This document shows positions 22,881-35,770 of a stretch of DNA of 64,000 nt, piece after piece. Origin of the DNA: Somniosus microcephalus (taxonomy: Eukaryota); the NCBI GenBank assembly GCA_052327205.1, contig CM126202.1, positions 77,810,001 through 77,874,000 of the forward strand, read 5' to 3'. A program made the position numbers and the translations under genes. Positions within the stretch are counted from its first letter, which is position 1. Each line of letters starts with the position of its first letter. Below the pieces are notes generated by a model. The model searched no databases, had not been told where the DNA came from, and was given only the letters and a program-made list of their open reading frames with translations.

Positions 22881-24163
22881 AAAAGTGCTCCCAGAACTAA
22901 CACCAATGTTATGAGATCCTGAGATCTCCGTCCTCAATGCTTGCAAATCCTAAAACATGCCCCAGTAATCCTAGAACCTCCCTCTCCAGTATTCCCAGAA
23001 CCCTGGGACGACTCCCAATACTGATAGACCCCGCGACTCCTTGCTGGTGCTGCCAGACCCCAGGGCCCCTTTCCAGTGCTCCTGAACTGTCCCCAATGAT
23101 AAAAGTCAGTGTCCCTTGTAATACTACTTGGCGTAATACCCGTTCTTATGAAACCTCCATGTCACCGTGAAAAATGGGAGATGTTCCTGTACATTATATA
23201 AATGGTTGTACCTATTGTGGTCAGTAAATTTTATATCCATATAGCCCTGTAGGATATAAAATATTGCTCATATGCAAAGAGCTTCTTCCAGTCCTAGACA
23301 GAATGCCATGGGAATTTTGTAATCCTGAGTGACAGGTACTAGGGAGGAGTGTTAAAATGAATTCCAAACCTGGTGCTTGGATTGGATCAGCTTGGGTTCA
23401 TTTTGTAACACCTGAACCTGCCACAACTGAAACAATTCTTGTTTGGGTGTATCTGTCCCTTCAGTAAATCAGGTCTGATCTCTGGTAATCTACTGGCCAA
23501 TCGAAAGAGAATGTAGGCTTTTGGTAGGTAGTGCGTCTGCTTAATCTCAGAGTCTTGGGGTGAGGTTTAGAGGAGGCATTCTTTGCATTCCTTCTCCAGC
23601 TTCTATTCACAATAGTGTTAAAGAGCACAGAAACAAAAAGGCAGAGATGAACCTTAAACTGTGTGATTAAGGAGGATAAAAATATCCATATTTAGATGTC
23701 ATCTGCCATAGCAGATCTGGATCATTCCAAAACACTCATCCCCATCAGCTACACCTTCCGACACTGCAGTAAGATGCTGAGAATGGCTATTTGCAATGCA
23801 AATCAAGTTACCACAGCCAGTTCAGGGTTTGTATCTCTTCCCATTAGTTGAGCTTCTGGTTTACTTCTTCAGCCTTTTTTCTATATACAAACTGCATTTT
23901 TAAGCATTAAAAAATATGCACAAAAAGCATATGTCAAACAATTACTGTTGGCAAGGGAAGCAGGGTGGGGTGGGTGCTGTGAACATATAAAATGTGATTT
24001 TATGCAGAAAGGTAAACTTAAAAGTGCAGACGTGAACCTTTACTTTTATATATGATTACAAAAGTAATCAGTGGAGTATAACGGTTAATTGTGTTCCACA
24101 AGGCAGAACAATGGTTTTTGTGCAGCTTCTTTAGATCATGGTTGCTCCAACAGGCTCTCTTAC

Positions 24164-24446
24164 CTTGTGAGCAAGAACTGGGAATTCTGGGAGGTCTGGT
24201 GACTGTTTTCTGTGGTGATTGTGTTGTTGGTCACTGTCGTCTGTGTAACCGTGGTGCTGAGGCTGCCTGTGTTGGTGCGTCTTGTTGCATTGCGTGCAGA
24301 CTCCAGCTGTTGTCGTGCTGCCTGTGCCTGCTGTCTCTCTAGCTGCAGCTGCATTTGCAGCTGCTGTAGCTGGGAGGCGGAAGGGCCAGAGGAGTTGAGC
24401 TGTCCTCCAGCAGAACGTCTCACACCTGATAACTGTGATAACAGCT
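24164..24446 (-). CDS. KCMF1: KCMF1 internal coding exon (283 bp)
   Basis: gcag|AG...ACA AG|gtaag. It encodes (E)LLSQLSGVRRSAGGQLNSSGPSASQLQQLQMQLQLERQ...NSQFLLT(R), and phases match both neighbours. Confidence 0.96.
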
Positions 24447-24497
24447 CTGCAACAAATGGAAAGAACAATTATTTACGAGCAGCATGATAAATTGTTC

Positions 24498-24680
24498 AAA
24501 ATAAAAACGGGAAATGCTGGAAATACATTGCAGGTCCTTCAGTGCCTGTAGAGAGAGGGGGCAGGTTAGTGCTTCAGGTGTGTACCTTTCCTCAGAACAG
24601 AGGCTGACTGACTTGCTGTGTATTTCCAGCGTGTACTGTTTTTATTTCAGGCCTCCAGCATTTGCAGTTTTCTTATTTGT
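24498..24680. mobile_element. Degenerate Penelope-derived inverted-repeat element
   Basis: Arms aaaaacgggaaatgctggaaatac / gtatttccagcgtgtactgttttt; same family as 29464-29684. Confidence 0.65.
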
Positions 24681-25370
24681 AATGATAAAAAGTCACTTGA
24701 TAACGCGTTTCCACAGTAAAAAGTCTGCCACCTGCATATAATTAAAGGCCATGAGTGCAAAAACACACTGATACTCTCTAGAGCAACTCCAAAAAAAACA
24801 GCAACACTGCAGAATTTCTATTTTCAGCTGAATTACTTGATCACATTAAATTCATGTAAACTTAATGCGATTCTCAAAGCGGTGAGTTTCTGGGTTAGCT
24901 ATATAATTGAAACATGTTAAATGGCAACTAGATATTTCTGTACAGAAAGATGGGGTCTTCCTCAAGCTGAATTCTGCCTCGGTCGGAAAAGTGGATGCAA
25001 GGAGATAGGCACCTGGATAAGGAGGCCTGGGTGAATGTGGTGCCTGCCTAGATTATCTATTTACAGAAGTACCTAGAATAATTTGCAATTTGAAGTTTAT
25101 GGATGTTTATAGTTTGACGAGGTCTACAAAAAAAATAGTTCTATCAGCCTTTTCTACACATTCAATGGGAAATTAAGCAAAATAGTGCAAGGATCTGCCT
25201 CGCATCTAGGATAGCTAAAGGCCAATTATGACAGCAGCTTGCACCATTAGGCATTAGGCTTTACCAGAATCACTTCTGTGGCAGAAAGTGAGAATGGTAG
25301 TCAAGTTGATCTGGGTAGGCTATGCACATCCTGAGCAAATGCACCCAACATATTACTCCTGCTGAATAAT

Positions 25371-26081
25371 GGGCCTTAATTTGTTGTAGCAGGGCATCCA
25401 ATGGCATCTCCCATTAATTAGACTTGCCCTTGCACATTTAGGTATTTAAACTGATTAAATTGTGAGCGGATAACGTCGCAGCGAGGAAAACAGGGCATCT
25501 GAGATCTGAGTGAATAGGGCAAGCAACTGTGTATCTCCTTAACCAATTAGACTGAAGGGTTGTGAACTTAACGCAAGGACTGTGAAGGAAGTGTAAATTA
25601 AGAGTGGGTGAATTCAATGTCAAATCAGGTACAGAAAGAGAGACAGAAAGAAAGTTTGGATTAAGAGAGAAAGCAGAGACAGAAAGGAAAAGTAAAAAAT
25701 GATATTTTTCTTTTTAAATTGTGCACTTTCAAAATTTCCAACAATACTTGGAGGAATATGACTCCACACTTGTAATAGTTAATTTTCAGTGCCAGAAAGA
25801 TTGACTGGCAATAATTAATACTTATCATGTCGTTAAAAAGGACTTCAAATGAGGAGACTTAACTTTCTGTGGCGCGCTTAGTTCACATGAACCACGCAAA
25901 TACAGCAACTTCACGCCATTCAATGCATTCATTTCAATGGTGAGGTAGACAGTGAGTGATGCAACTTTTAGATATCTGCGTTGCATCACGATTCTGCCCC
26001 TCGCCTGAAGTTTTAAGTTTGAACATAAATAATGGAGAGCGCCATTAGCCTCACCGTTATTTTGACAGCAAATTGGGGGCC
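25371..26081. mobile_element. Probable non-autonomous DNA transposon (GG-ended imperfect TIRs, Harbinger-like)
   Basis: Left end gggccttaatttgttgt versus right end acagcaaattgggggcc; non-coding interior. Confidence 0.4.
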
Positions 26082-26711
26082 AACATCTCTTGACATCTCC
26101 TCTGTAGGAATTCAGAAGTTTTCCCATGAACAGGAGCTTCCAAAATGTCATTTATCTCTATTTTAAAGCTGACTGGCACACCAATACTTTCCTCAGGTAA
26201 GTTGGTCAGAGCTATTAATCCCTTTACCTCGGACTGTGCTGCCATTATTGACCCGTGCCACAGTCATGGGTCCTTTGAGACAGCCCTGCTTGGAGTGGTG
26301 TCACAGCCAGTAGGGGGGAAACAGAAGTCGATCATATGCTGGGAAGTCTTAATGAAGGTCATCATATGCTGAAAAGGCTTCGAGTCCTCACGGAACACCT
26401 TGTTCTTTTACTTGTGGGAAGAATGTTGGTATTGAATTGGTTTCATGAGTGGAGCTGTGTCCTGTTGGAACTCAGTAACTGAGTTGATTTGGATCGACAG
26501 TTGTTTCCTAATCAAGGGAACTAATTAGTGTGGTGGCGGAGGTCATGCTGAATGCTAGTTTATGGCTGGAACTTGCAGATCGTAGGCCAACCATGCTAGG
26601 CAGATTTTGTGACCAGTACTGGAGAACGGTGTTTAGGGCTCAGACAGCCTCAACATTTTCTAGCCATGAGAGCCAGTGTGAAGTGCAGCTTCACCAGCTC
26701 ATCTTTCTGGG

Positions 26712-26972
26712 GATACCAGGGCTTAAAGGGTTAAATTATAACAGATTACATAAACTTGGTTTTTAGTTCAAATTCAGATGGTTGAGGGGAGATCTAATCG
26801 AGGTGTTTAAAATGCTTCTGGTAGCGGAATCCACAAGATTTTTGTTTGATAAGGGTATCAAGGGATATGGAACAAAGGCGAGTAAATATAGTTGAGGTAC
26901 AGATCAACCATGATCTAACTGAATGGCCTAACAGGCTTGAGGGGCTGAATGGCTTACTCTTGTTCCTATGCT
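26712..26972 (+). mobile_element. CR1 3' fragment with internal deletion
   Basis: IPGLKGL remnant, gatctaatcgaggtg and tail ggcttactcttgttcctatg. Confidence 0.7.
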
Positions 26973-27398
26973 CCAAAGGGAATGCTCCTGCGAACCATCT
27001 GACTTGGGAGTGGAAAAGTGCAGTTGTGCCATGTGATGAGAGATTGAACTGCAACATTCTTGTAGTTAGCAAAGAGTCACTGCGAAAGACCTTGGGTACT
27101 GGATACAAGTTTTAAATCCAGGAGTTGGTAGCAGGCCTGTCAGATGCTGAGAGTGGGGAAAAACACCACAAGAACTGGAGTCTGGAAGCACAAAATAATT
27201 AAGAAAACTTAAAACTTCAAAGGAGCTCCTTCCCTATAAGGATTGGAGAGACTTTGAACCAGTTTAACTGATAGTCATTGTAAACTTTTCTGATGTAGGA
27301 GACAATCGATCTGCTGCTGATAATGAAAGAAAATGTCCAGTCTAGATTGAGGGTTTTTTATACAGCAGGGAAGGTAGGAAACATTCCCTGGCCAGTTA

Positions 27399-27832
27399 GT
27401 GTCAGCTGTGATTCAGTGGTAGCCCTCTCAGCTGAGTAGGAAAGTGACTCCAGAGACTCGAGCACAAAATCTAGGCCGACACTCCAGTGTGGTACTGAGG
27501 GAATGCTGCACTGTCGGAGGTGTCATCTTTCATACGAGACGTTAAAACGAGGCCCCACCTGACCACTCAGGTGGATGCAAAAGTTCCATGGCACTATTCG
27601 AAGAAGAGCAGGAGCGTTCTCGCCGGAGTCCTGACCAATATTTATCCCTTAACCAACACCTAAAACAGATTATCTGGTCATTATCACATTGCTGTTTGTG
27701 GGACCTTGCTGTGTGCAAATTGGCTGCCGTGTTTCCCACATTACACTTTTTAAAAAATGTACTTCATTGGCTGTAAAGTGCTTTGGGATGTCCTGAGGTT
27801 GCGAAAGGCGCCATATAAATGCAAGTCTTTCT
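27399..27832 (+). mobile_element. Deu-domain tRNA SINE (SacSINE1-like)
   Basis: tRNA-like head, Deu core (gagacgttaaaacgaggcccc...ccatggcactattcgaagaagagcagg...ctggtcattatcacattgctgtttgtggg) and L2-type tail (aaaggcgccatataaatgcaag). Confidence 0.85.
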
Positions 27833-28555
27833 TTTTGATGTCCTCTGTTACTTTTATACCCCATGGGATGACAACTGTATTATTTCTATGTGGAGGTTCA
27901 GTGAATGAGGAATTTATAGTTTTAAACAAATCAATGGCAAATTTGCAATGTCACAATCAAACTTAGCTGACATTTGTTTTTAGCAACAGATAAATTACTG
28001 TTAACCGCTGCTACTGTCAGCAACATGTACTCTGTTCAGTGACACTTTACACAGCTGAGCAGCAGCAGAGACTTCTACAAATGCTCAATTTTTCAAAATA
28101 AAAACACAGAACTTTATAAACTTTATTAAACCTGGCTTGATAATGCAGCACATCAAGGAGTCAGTGACTGAACAGCACATGGAGGGGTGGGGGGTGGACA
28201 CAAAAAGGCTGAGCATCACATAAGAAATGGTTGATTTAGCAATTAATTGACCTAGTGCTTGTATGCAGCCAGGCCAGCTTTTTATACTAGAGGGAAAAAC
28301 AACGTTTGGAGTTCACTTTAGTCAATTTACATTTAGAAGCAATGCTATACTCCATTAACCATATAAAAAAAACAATGCTAAGAGTGGGCAAGACAGAGAA
28401 TTGTTAGAGAGACCCAGACATATGCATTATGGATATGGATCATAAAGGTCTGACTGCGTTCCAAAATTATTTTTTGCTGCATTGTCACATTGTTCGAATA
28501 TTAATTAAAACGGAATGACTGCTGCCAATGACCGGAAGCTGCGCAGAAGTATATA

Positions 28556-28885
28556 CAGGAAACTGGTTTATCCGGAGGTTAACTGTCCGGAATGCTCGAG
28601 CCACCGGCAAAAATCAGGAGCCGTTTCGTTAGGTTTTTTCTCTTTTCGTTGCTTTTTTTCCCACCAGTCAGGCTCTGCAATGTCTCGCTGAAGCTGTTGC
28701 TAAGCTAGAGACGCTTGCAAGGTACGGCCGACTGTTTAGAAGCTGTTGCTAAGCAACAGGGTTTGTTGCCAGATACGGAGCTCAAAATCTCCGTATGTTT
28801 TAACATTAGCGCTGGTTTGTCCAGCAGTTTCGATGGGACGGCAACAGCTCGGTCCCGTCGGTGCCGGATAGCACAAAGTTTCCTG
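28556..28885. mobile_element. Tigger-like MITE family B
   Basis: TA|CAGGAAACT...AGTTTCCTG|TA; homologous to 33113-33438 and 55878-56210. Confidence 0.9.
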
Positions 28886-28951
28886 TACTGCGCATTAATC
28901 TGGAAGCTCCAATGACCGGAAGCATGATGTTTCTGCTTTTTTTCCCCAAAA

Positions 28952-29376
28952 TGAGCCCGCTCCCGTCCTGGCCTTTTCAAAAAAAAATAAACAAGCTCGC
29001 TCCCTTCCCGGCCTTTTGTTTTTTTTATAAACAAGCCCGCTCCCGTCCCGGCCTTTTGTTTTTTATAAACAAGCCCGCTCCCGTCCCGGCCTTTTGTTTT
29101 TTATAAACAAGCCCGCTCCCGTCCCGGCCTTTTTTTTTTTTATAAACAAGCTCGCTCCCGTCCCGGCCTTTTAAAAAAAATAAATAAACAAGCTCGCTCC
29201 TTTCCCGGCCTTTTTAAAAAAAAAATAAACAAGCCCGCTCCCGTCCCAGCCTTTTTTTTTTATAAACAAGTCTGCTCCCTTCCCAGCTTTTTAAAAAAAA
29301 AAGCCCACTCCCTTCCCGGCCTTTTTTTTTTAAACGAGCTCGCTCCCTTCCCAGCTTCTTTTAACGAACCCGCTCC
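28952..29376. repeat. Minisatellite, ~11 units of aaacaagcccgctcccgtcccggcc plus a variable T/A tract
   Basis: Read directly; the period is about 34-46 bp. Confidence 0.9.
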
Positions 29377-29463
29377 AGTGACGAAACGGAAGCGAGCATG
29401 CGCAGAACGCTTCTACGCAACTTCCAGTTCGTTGGCAGCAGTCGTGTCCTAATTAAAAAACTT

Positions 29464-29684
29464 AATAAAAACAGAAAATGCTGGAAATACTCAGGTCAGC
29501 CAGCATCCGTGCAGAGAGAAACAAGAGTTAACGTTTCAGGTCGATGACCTTTCGTCAGAACTTTCATCGACCTGAAACATCAACTCCGTTTCTCTCCCTA
29601 CAGATGCTGCCTGACCTGCTGAGTTTTTTCCAGCATTTTCTGTTTTTATTTCAGATTTCCAGCATCCGCAGTATTTTGCTTTTG
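29464..29684. mobile_element. Penelope-derived palindromic element
   Basis: Long inverted arms (aataaaaacagaaaatgctgga...tccagcattttctgtttttatt) around a hammerhead-like core. Confidence 0.75.
29526..29562 (-). ncRNA. Minimal type-I hammerhead ribozyme motif
   Basis: Minus strand AGTT CTGACGA A AGGTC ATC GACCT GAAA CGTT AACT: CUGANGA and GAAA boxes, stem II AGGTC/GACCT, palindromic stem III ACGT and stem I AGTT/AACT. Confidence 0.7.
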
Positions 29685-30744
29685 TAAACTACTGTTAAGT
29701 TTGGCTATAAATTTGACTTCAGAGGAGTTAAGTGGAGAGAAATTAAGTGGATAAAAGAGGAACTTGCTTCAGTTCTTCAGTTGATTCTGGGTGGTGGGAG
29801 TTGGTCAGGGGAATATGTAATGTGAATTAATCCAAATTAACACTGAGATAAGGAACGAGAGATTAAAGACAGTTGGAATTTGCCAATTCAGAGACCTTAA
29901 TATTTAAAAAATGTAATTAACCCATTATGGATTTTGCTCTAAGTTTCTGTGCTGTAGGATAGTGATAGTATTTGCAGAATTATTTTGTGCTTCATATATT
30001 TGTACTTAATTCTAAAATATTTTAGTTGTTTAAAAACCATGTTTCCCCTCACCCCCCTGCCCCCAATATTCACCCATTTGAGCATGCGCAGTATAGCACA
30101 AGATCACGTTTAATCAACTATGTAGGTGACCAACTACAGGGCAATTAGTAATCCTTGGGTCACACACGAATCATAACACTGGAATTGATGTCTTCAAGAA
30201 CAGAATGAGAGAAAATGGAAGCTAGCTAATGGCAATAAACAAAATAAGGAGCTGAGTTTATGTCATTTAAGGAATGTACTCAAGTTTTCAGTACCTAAAT
30301 AATTTTAAAACGGATTAAATGCCTATACAGCAGCATACAGCTATGCAAAGCCGTTCATTGTATTTTGTATGCCCTATATGATGCCATAGGTAGTATTATC
30401 GACTATTAAAGGGGTACTCAATGCAACATCAGAACCTTAGGATGAGAACATTCCTTTTTAATTTGATAAACTGCACTATAGTTACATCTTAGTTGGTACA
30501 TACAAGGCAAATGTGAGAGCAATTCTTTTAAGTTCTTTCTTGCCATCCCTGGGGCTGATTTTCTCCTTCCCTTGGTTGAGGTCCATTTTTCCCGTAGCAC
30601 GTTTAAGATTCAACAAAACACAGCATCCCTCCTTTAATCCTTTTTAAAATTTAAAAAAAAATCCTGTCTAGCAGTATTGCCAATTCTTGCCACTGGATGG
30701 TATGGTAACTTTATACTGAAATATATTATATTTTTGTAACAACT

Positions 30745-31280
30745 TGCAATTGGCCGGATTGGATTTGTCCTGCTTTTTGTGGACAGGACATACCTGGGCA
30801 ATTTTCCACATTGTCGGGCAGATGCCAGTTTTGTAGCTGTACTGGAACAGCTTGGCTAGAGGCACGGCTAGTTCTGGAGCACATGTCTTCAGCATTACAG
30901 CCAGGATGTTGTCAGGGCCCATAGCCTTTGCTGTATCCAGTGCACTCGGCCGTTTCTTGATAGCATGTGGAGTGAATCGAACTGGATGAAGACTGACTTC
31001 TGTGATGGTGGGGACCGAGATGGATCATCCACTTGTCACTTCTGGCTGAAAATGGTTCCAAATGCTTCAACCTTGTCTTTTGCACTCATGTGCTGGGCTC
31101 CGTCATGACTTAGGATGGGGATCTTTATGAAACTGCCTCCTCCTCCCGTTAGTTGTTTAATTGCCCACCACCATTCACAACTGGATGTGGTAGGACTGCA
31201 GAGCTTTGATCTGATCCATTGGTTGTGGGATCGCTTAGCTCTGTTTATAGCATGCTACTTCAGCTGTTTAGCATGCAGTC
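30745..31280 (-). mobile_element. LINE family B internal ORF fragment
   Basis: MGPDNILAVMLKTCAPELAVPLAKLFQYSY...KKQDKSNPAN. Confidence 0.85.
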
Positions 31281-31510
31281 CTGTGCAATGTTCCCTATTC
31301 TTCCAAAATTTATAACTTAATATTTATTTGGATTGAACTGCATCTGCAAGCGATCTACCCATTCCTCTAGCCTATCTATGTCCTTTTGTAGCCTCTGTCA
31401 TAGTCTTCATTACAATTTGCAATACCAATCAGCTACTTTTGGTATCCCTCAATTCTTAAGTTGTCAATTTGTGTATAGTAAATAACAAACACCTCAATAC
31501 ATTCTCAATA

Positions 31511-31693
31511 CAGGCAGCGCAAGGAGCGCACGTCAACCCAAGCACCCCACCCACCCGCCCCTTTAACCACCGTCTGCCCCACCTGTGACAGAAACTGTAG
31601 GTCCTGCATTGGGCCCATCAGTCACCTGAGAACTCATTTTTAATGTGAAAGCAAGTCATCCTCGGTTCCGAGGGACTGCCTAAGAGGAGAAGA
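31511..31693 (+). mobile_element. RTE-clade LINE 3' end
   Basis: Encodes CPTCDRNCRSCIGPISHLRTH (terminal C2H2-like motif) and ends in gagggactgcctaagaggagaaga. Confidence 0.65.
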
Positions 31694-32219
31694 CATTCCC
31701 TTCTATCCAAGTGCCATCATCTTTGCCATAAGTCTCTTACACAGTACCTTATCTAATGCTTTTTGAACATTCATATAAACCACATCCACTGCATTCATTT
31801 TAATCTATCCCCTCTATTATCTCTTCAAAGAATTCTCTGGGTTAGTCAAACACAGACTTGCCCTTTAGACAGCCACGCTGACTAGCCGTAATTAACTTTC
31901 ATTTCTCTGAGTGCTAGTAATGTCATCTTCCAATACCTGCTAGTACAAATCTCCTAATTATCTGCTAATTCAATTTTTTCACGCACAAAATGCCTCGTGC
32001 TGTTTTATTTAAATTGCTCAATTCAAACTACTGGGGCAATTCAAATTTTTTTCAAAGCAAAAAAACGACATTTAATTAATCGCAGTAACTGTATTTCTGG
32101 AGTTGAAATTAGGTACAATGCAATTATTACTTATCATTTGATGACAAAAATGATGTACGACGACAGAATTAAAACTTCCCGTGCAATATTTCCAGTTCTG
32201 GATTAAATGAGTAGGTTCA

Positions 32220-32550
32220 GAGGTACCACCTTTTGGATGAGACATTAATCCGAGGCTCCATCTGCCCTCTCAGGTGGATGTAAAAGATCCCATGGCACGA
32301 TTTCAAACAAGAGCAAGGAGTTCTCCCCGGTGTCCTGACTAATATATATATCCCTTAACCAACATCTAAAATAGATTATCTGGTCATTATCTCATTGCTG
32401 TTTGTGGGACCTTGCTGTGTGCAAATTGAGTGCTGCGTTTCCTACATTACAACAGTGACTACAATTCAAGAAGTACTTAATTGGCTGTAAAGCGCTGTGG
32501 GACATCCCGAGATCATGAAAGGTGCTACAGAATGCAAGTTCTTTCTTTCT
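32220..32550 (+). mobile_element. Deu-domain SINE, 5'-truncated
   Basis: Homologous to 27520-27832. Confidence 0.85.
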
Positions 32551-32924
32551 GCTCCACCAAATAGTGAAAATTTGATCTCCATATACTATTTTATGATGTC
32601 AAATGGTACCTAAGCAGCATGTTTTCTTCACAATCCAAAAGTCCTACACAGAATTACAATTGCTCCTCTTAATTTTCTCTCTAAAAGGCCACCATCTAGG
32701 AGACTAAATTTTAGACACCCTTACTCAGCAATAGCTTCAGCATCCGCCGAACGATGCCGCGCTCACCGACACCAATGATGCCCATATTAAGGGTCTCATC
32801 GTCCAACTCATGCAATATGATTTTTAGGTTACTATACTCATGGTTGCAACAGACTTTGCTGAACACTTGAATTCTGTTTTTCCTCTAGCTACTTACTTGA
32901 GAATATCTTGTGCTAAACAAACAT

Positions 32925-33060
32925 TTTTTAAAATTATTTATTCACGGGATGTGGGCGTCGCTGGCTAGGCCAGCATTTATTGCACAGCCCTAATTGCCCT
33001 CGAGAAGGTGGTGATGAGCCACCTACTTGAACCGCTGCAGTCTGTGTGGTGAAGGTACAT
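32925..33060 (-). mobile_element. LINE family B 3' tail
   Basis: ttcacgggatgtgggcgtcgctggctaggccagcatttattg. Confidence 0.8.
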
Positions 33061-33112
33061 TCTTGCAGTAAACACCACACCAAAGAAGGGGAGACCCCAA
33101 GCTAACCAATTA

Positions 33113-33438
33113 CAGGAAACTTTGGTTTATCCGGAGGTTAACTGTCCGGAATGCTCGAGCCACCGGCAAAATTCAGGAGTCGGTTCAGTAAGTTTTTTTT
33201 CTTTTTGTTGCTTTTTTTTTCCACCAGTCAGGCTCTGCAGGGTCTAGCTAAAGCTGTTGCTTAGCTACAGAGACGCTTGCAAGCTATGGCCGACTGTTTA
33301 GAAGCTGTTAGGATTTGTTGCTAGATACGGAGCTCAAAAGCTTCCGTATGTTTTAACATTAGCGCTGGTTTGTCCGGCAGTTTTGATGGGACAGCAACAG
33401 CTTGGTCCCATCGGTGCCGGATATCACAAAGTTTCCTG
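33113..33438. mobile_element. Tigger-like MITE family B
   Basis: TA|CAGGAAACTTTG...CAAAGTTTCCTG|TA. Confidence 0.92.
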
Positions 33439-33777
33439 TATAATACTCACTGCTATGAAAACAGAGACAAGAATAATTTTTTGCTATCTTGAATAGAAGT
33501 CAGGCATTCTACGATGCTGCTGTGTGCTGCATCACTGGTGTTTTTATGTTAGAAATCTTATTTTGAGCCCATAATCAGCGGGATGAGGGACAAGCGAAGA
33601 ACCAAAATGAATCCATGTTAAATTCATCTCAATTGCTGAACCTTTCCTAAGCAACAATTTTCAGTTTTCACTCATGGTATAAACAAAAAACACACAGATG
33701 GTGCAACAAGATGTATTCGTCCAAATCGCATAATTTTATTGCTCATATGTTATTTAGTCAGCTGCGACTACTCAATG

Positions 33778-34938
33778 AGAATCACAGAAATTTACGGCAT
33801 AGAAGGAGGCCATTCAACACATCGTGTCTGTGCCTGACGACAAAGAGTTACCCAGCCTAATCCCACTTTCCAGCTCTTGGTCCGTAGGCTTGTAGGTTAC
33901 GGCACTTCAAGCGCATATCCAAGTACTTTTTAAATGTGATGAGGGTTTCTGCCTCTACCCTCTACCACTGTTTCAGTCAATGAGTTCCAGACCCCCAACA
34001 CCCTCTGGGTGAAAAGTTCTCAACTCCCCCTCTAATCCTACTACCAATTACTTTAATTCTATGCCCTCCTGGCTATTGACCTCACTGCAAAGGGAAATAG
34101 GTCCTTGCTATCCACTCTAGCTAGGCCCCTCAATTTTATACACCTCAATCAAGTCTCCCCTCTGTTCCAAAGAAAAGAATCCTAGCCTATCAAATCTTTC
34201 CTCAAAGTTAAAATTCTCCAGTCCTAGCAACATCCTCAAATCTCCTCTGTACCCTCTCCAATGCAATCACATCTTTCCTATAATGTGGTGACCAGAACTG
34301 TATGCAGTACTCCAGCTATGGCCTAACTAGTGTTTTATACAGTTCAAGCATATCTTCCCTGCTCTTATATTCTATGCCTCGGCTAATAAAGGAAAGTATC
34401 TCGTATGCCTTCTTATCTACCTGTTCTGCTACCTTCAGGGATCTGTGGACATGCATTCCAAGGTCCCTCTGCTCCTCCACACTTCAGTATCCTACCATTT
34501 ATTGTGTATTCCCTTGCCTTGTTAGCCCTCCCCAAATGCATTACCTCATACTTCTCCAGATTGAATGGCATTTGCCACTTTTCTGTCCACCTGACCAGTC
34601 CATTGATATCTTCCTGCAGTTTACAGCTTTCTTCCTCACCATCAACCACACGGCCAATTTTTGTATCATCTGCAAACTTCTTAATCATGCCCCTACATTG
34701 AAGTCTAAATCATTGATATATACCACAAAAAGCAAGAGACCTAGTACTGAGCCCTGCAGAACCCCACTGGAAACAGCTTTCTAGTCACAAAAACATCTGT
34801 CGACCATTACCCTTTGTTTCCTGCCACTGAGCCAATTTTGGATCCAACTTGCCACTTTTCCTTGGATCCCATGGGCTTTTACTTTTCTGACCAGTCTGCC
34901 ATGTGGAATCTTGTCAAAAGCCTTGCTAAAATCCATGC
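33778..34938 (-). mobile_element. CR1 LINE 3' portion (different subfamily)
   Basis: IKKFADDTKIG and KWQMPFNLEKYEVMHLG; tail gaatcacagaaatttacggcatagaaggaggccattc. Confidence 0.88.
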
Positions 34939-35770
34939 GGACAGGAAAGAGGTAGCTGATGGGATCATTTTAATATTCCTACTTCTCTGCTCCTTCCCAT
35001 CTCATCGACTCCCCGAACTTCTGCCAATACTCTCCTCTAATTGGCACAGCTACAAACTCAAGTTGGCACAGAAAGCTCAGGAAGGTGCTCCACAGTTACC
35101 AGTGACTGTGCAATCAGTGTGACATGTATATAAACACAAAACTTACTACAAATGTGGATGTAGGATTTCATAATTGGATAAACTTGATGCGAAAAGTGTG
35201 ACAAAACATTACAACAGGAAGTCAAGTGGTGTAGACAGAGTGTGCACACAAGTGCAAGACTTGTAATTAAATATAAACTCGCAAACCTCTGTCCTGGAAT
35301 TGAATTTATATTCAAACTTTGGGGCAGTAGGTTACATAAATTGCATCAGATTTTACTGCATGTATCTTTTATCACTTGATCTAACTAGTGGTTCTAGTTT
35401 TTTTATTATATCTATAAAGAGAATACAGATGGAAATTAAACAAGAAATTTGGGGAACAATCAAAAATAGATTGAAAATGGTTTCCAATGACAGCTAATGA
35501 ATTACTAGCATTTAAAATCCCCAACCGAGTATATAACTGCCATGATAAATACTTCTACAATTTTTACAAATTTTAAATAATTAAAAATAACTTAGGATTA
35601 ATTTTAAGAGTTAATTTAAATGGAATTGTTTACTATGAGAAAATATAAACATTGCACTCAGGAAGCTCATCAAAACCTTGTCCTATCAAAGCAGCATTGC
35701 TCAATTAAATTTTTAGCCCAACACATTGCTGTTATCATAAATATGCCACAATTGGAAATTTTAAACTCAC

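Larger units (their letters stand above)
28506..29451. mobile_element. Unclassified TIR element with internal minisatellite, carrying a nested MITE
   Basis: Imperfect inverted repeats at 28517-28549 (gactgctgccaatgaccggaagctgcgcagaag) and 29410-29443, flanked by ttaatta / taattaa. Confidence 0.7.

Noticed and set aside
22900-23110. C-rich degenerate repeat-like stretch with a 77-aa ORF
   Set aside because: I could establish no consistent period, termini or protein motif.
25458-25474. AATTGTGAGCGGATAAC, identical to 17 of the 21 bp of lac operator O1
   Set aside because: There is no flanking lac promoter or vector sequence, the final AATT is absent, and it lies within a probable host repeat. 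I treated it as coincidence; comparing other copies of the repeat would settle it.
27399-27470. tRNA-like sequences (also ~36975 and ~40400-40470)
   Set aside because: They are SINE heads, not complete cloverleaf tRNA genes.
28952-29376. Conserved repeat with variable intervening sequence (CRISPR-like)
   Set aside because: The intervening parts are only short poly-T/poly-A slippage tracts, not unique spacers.
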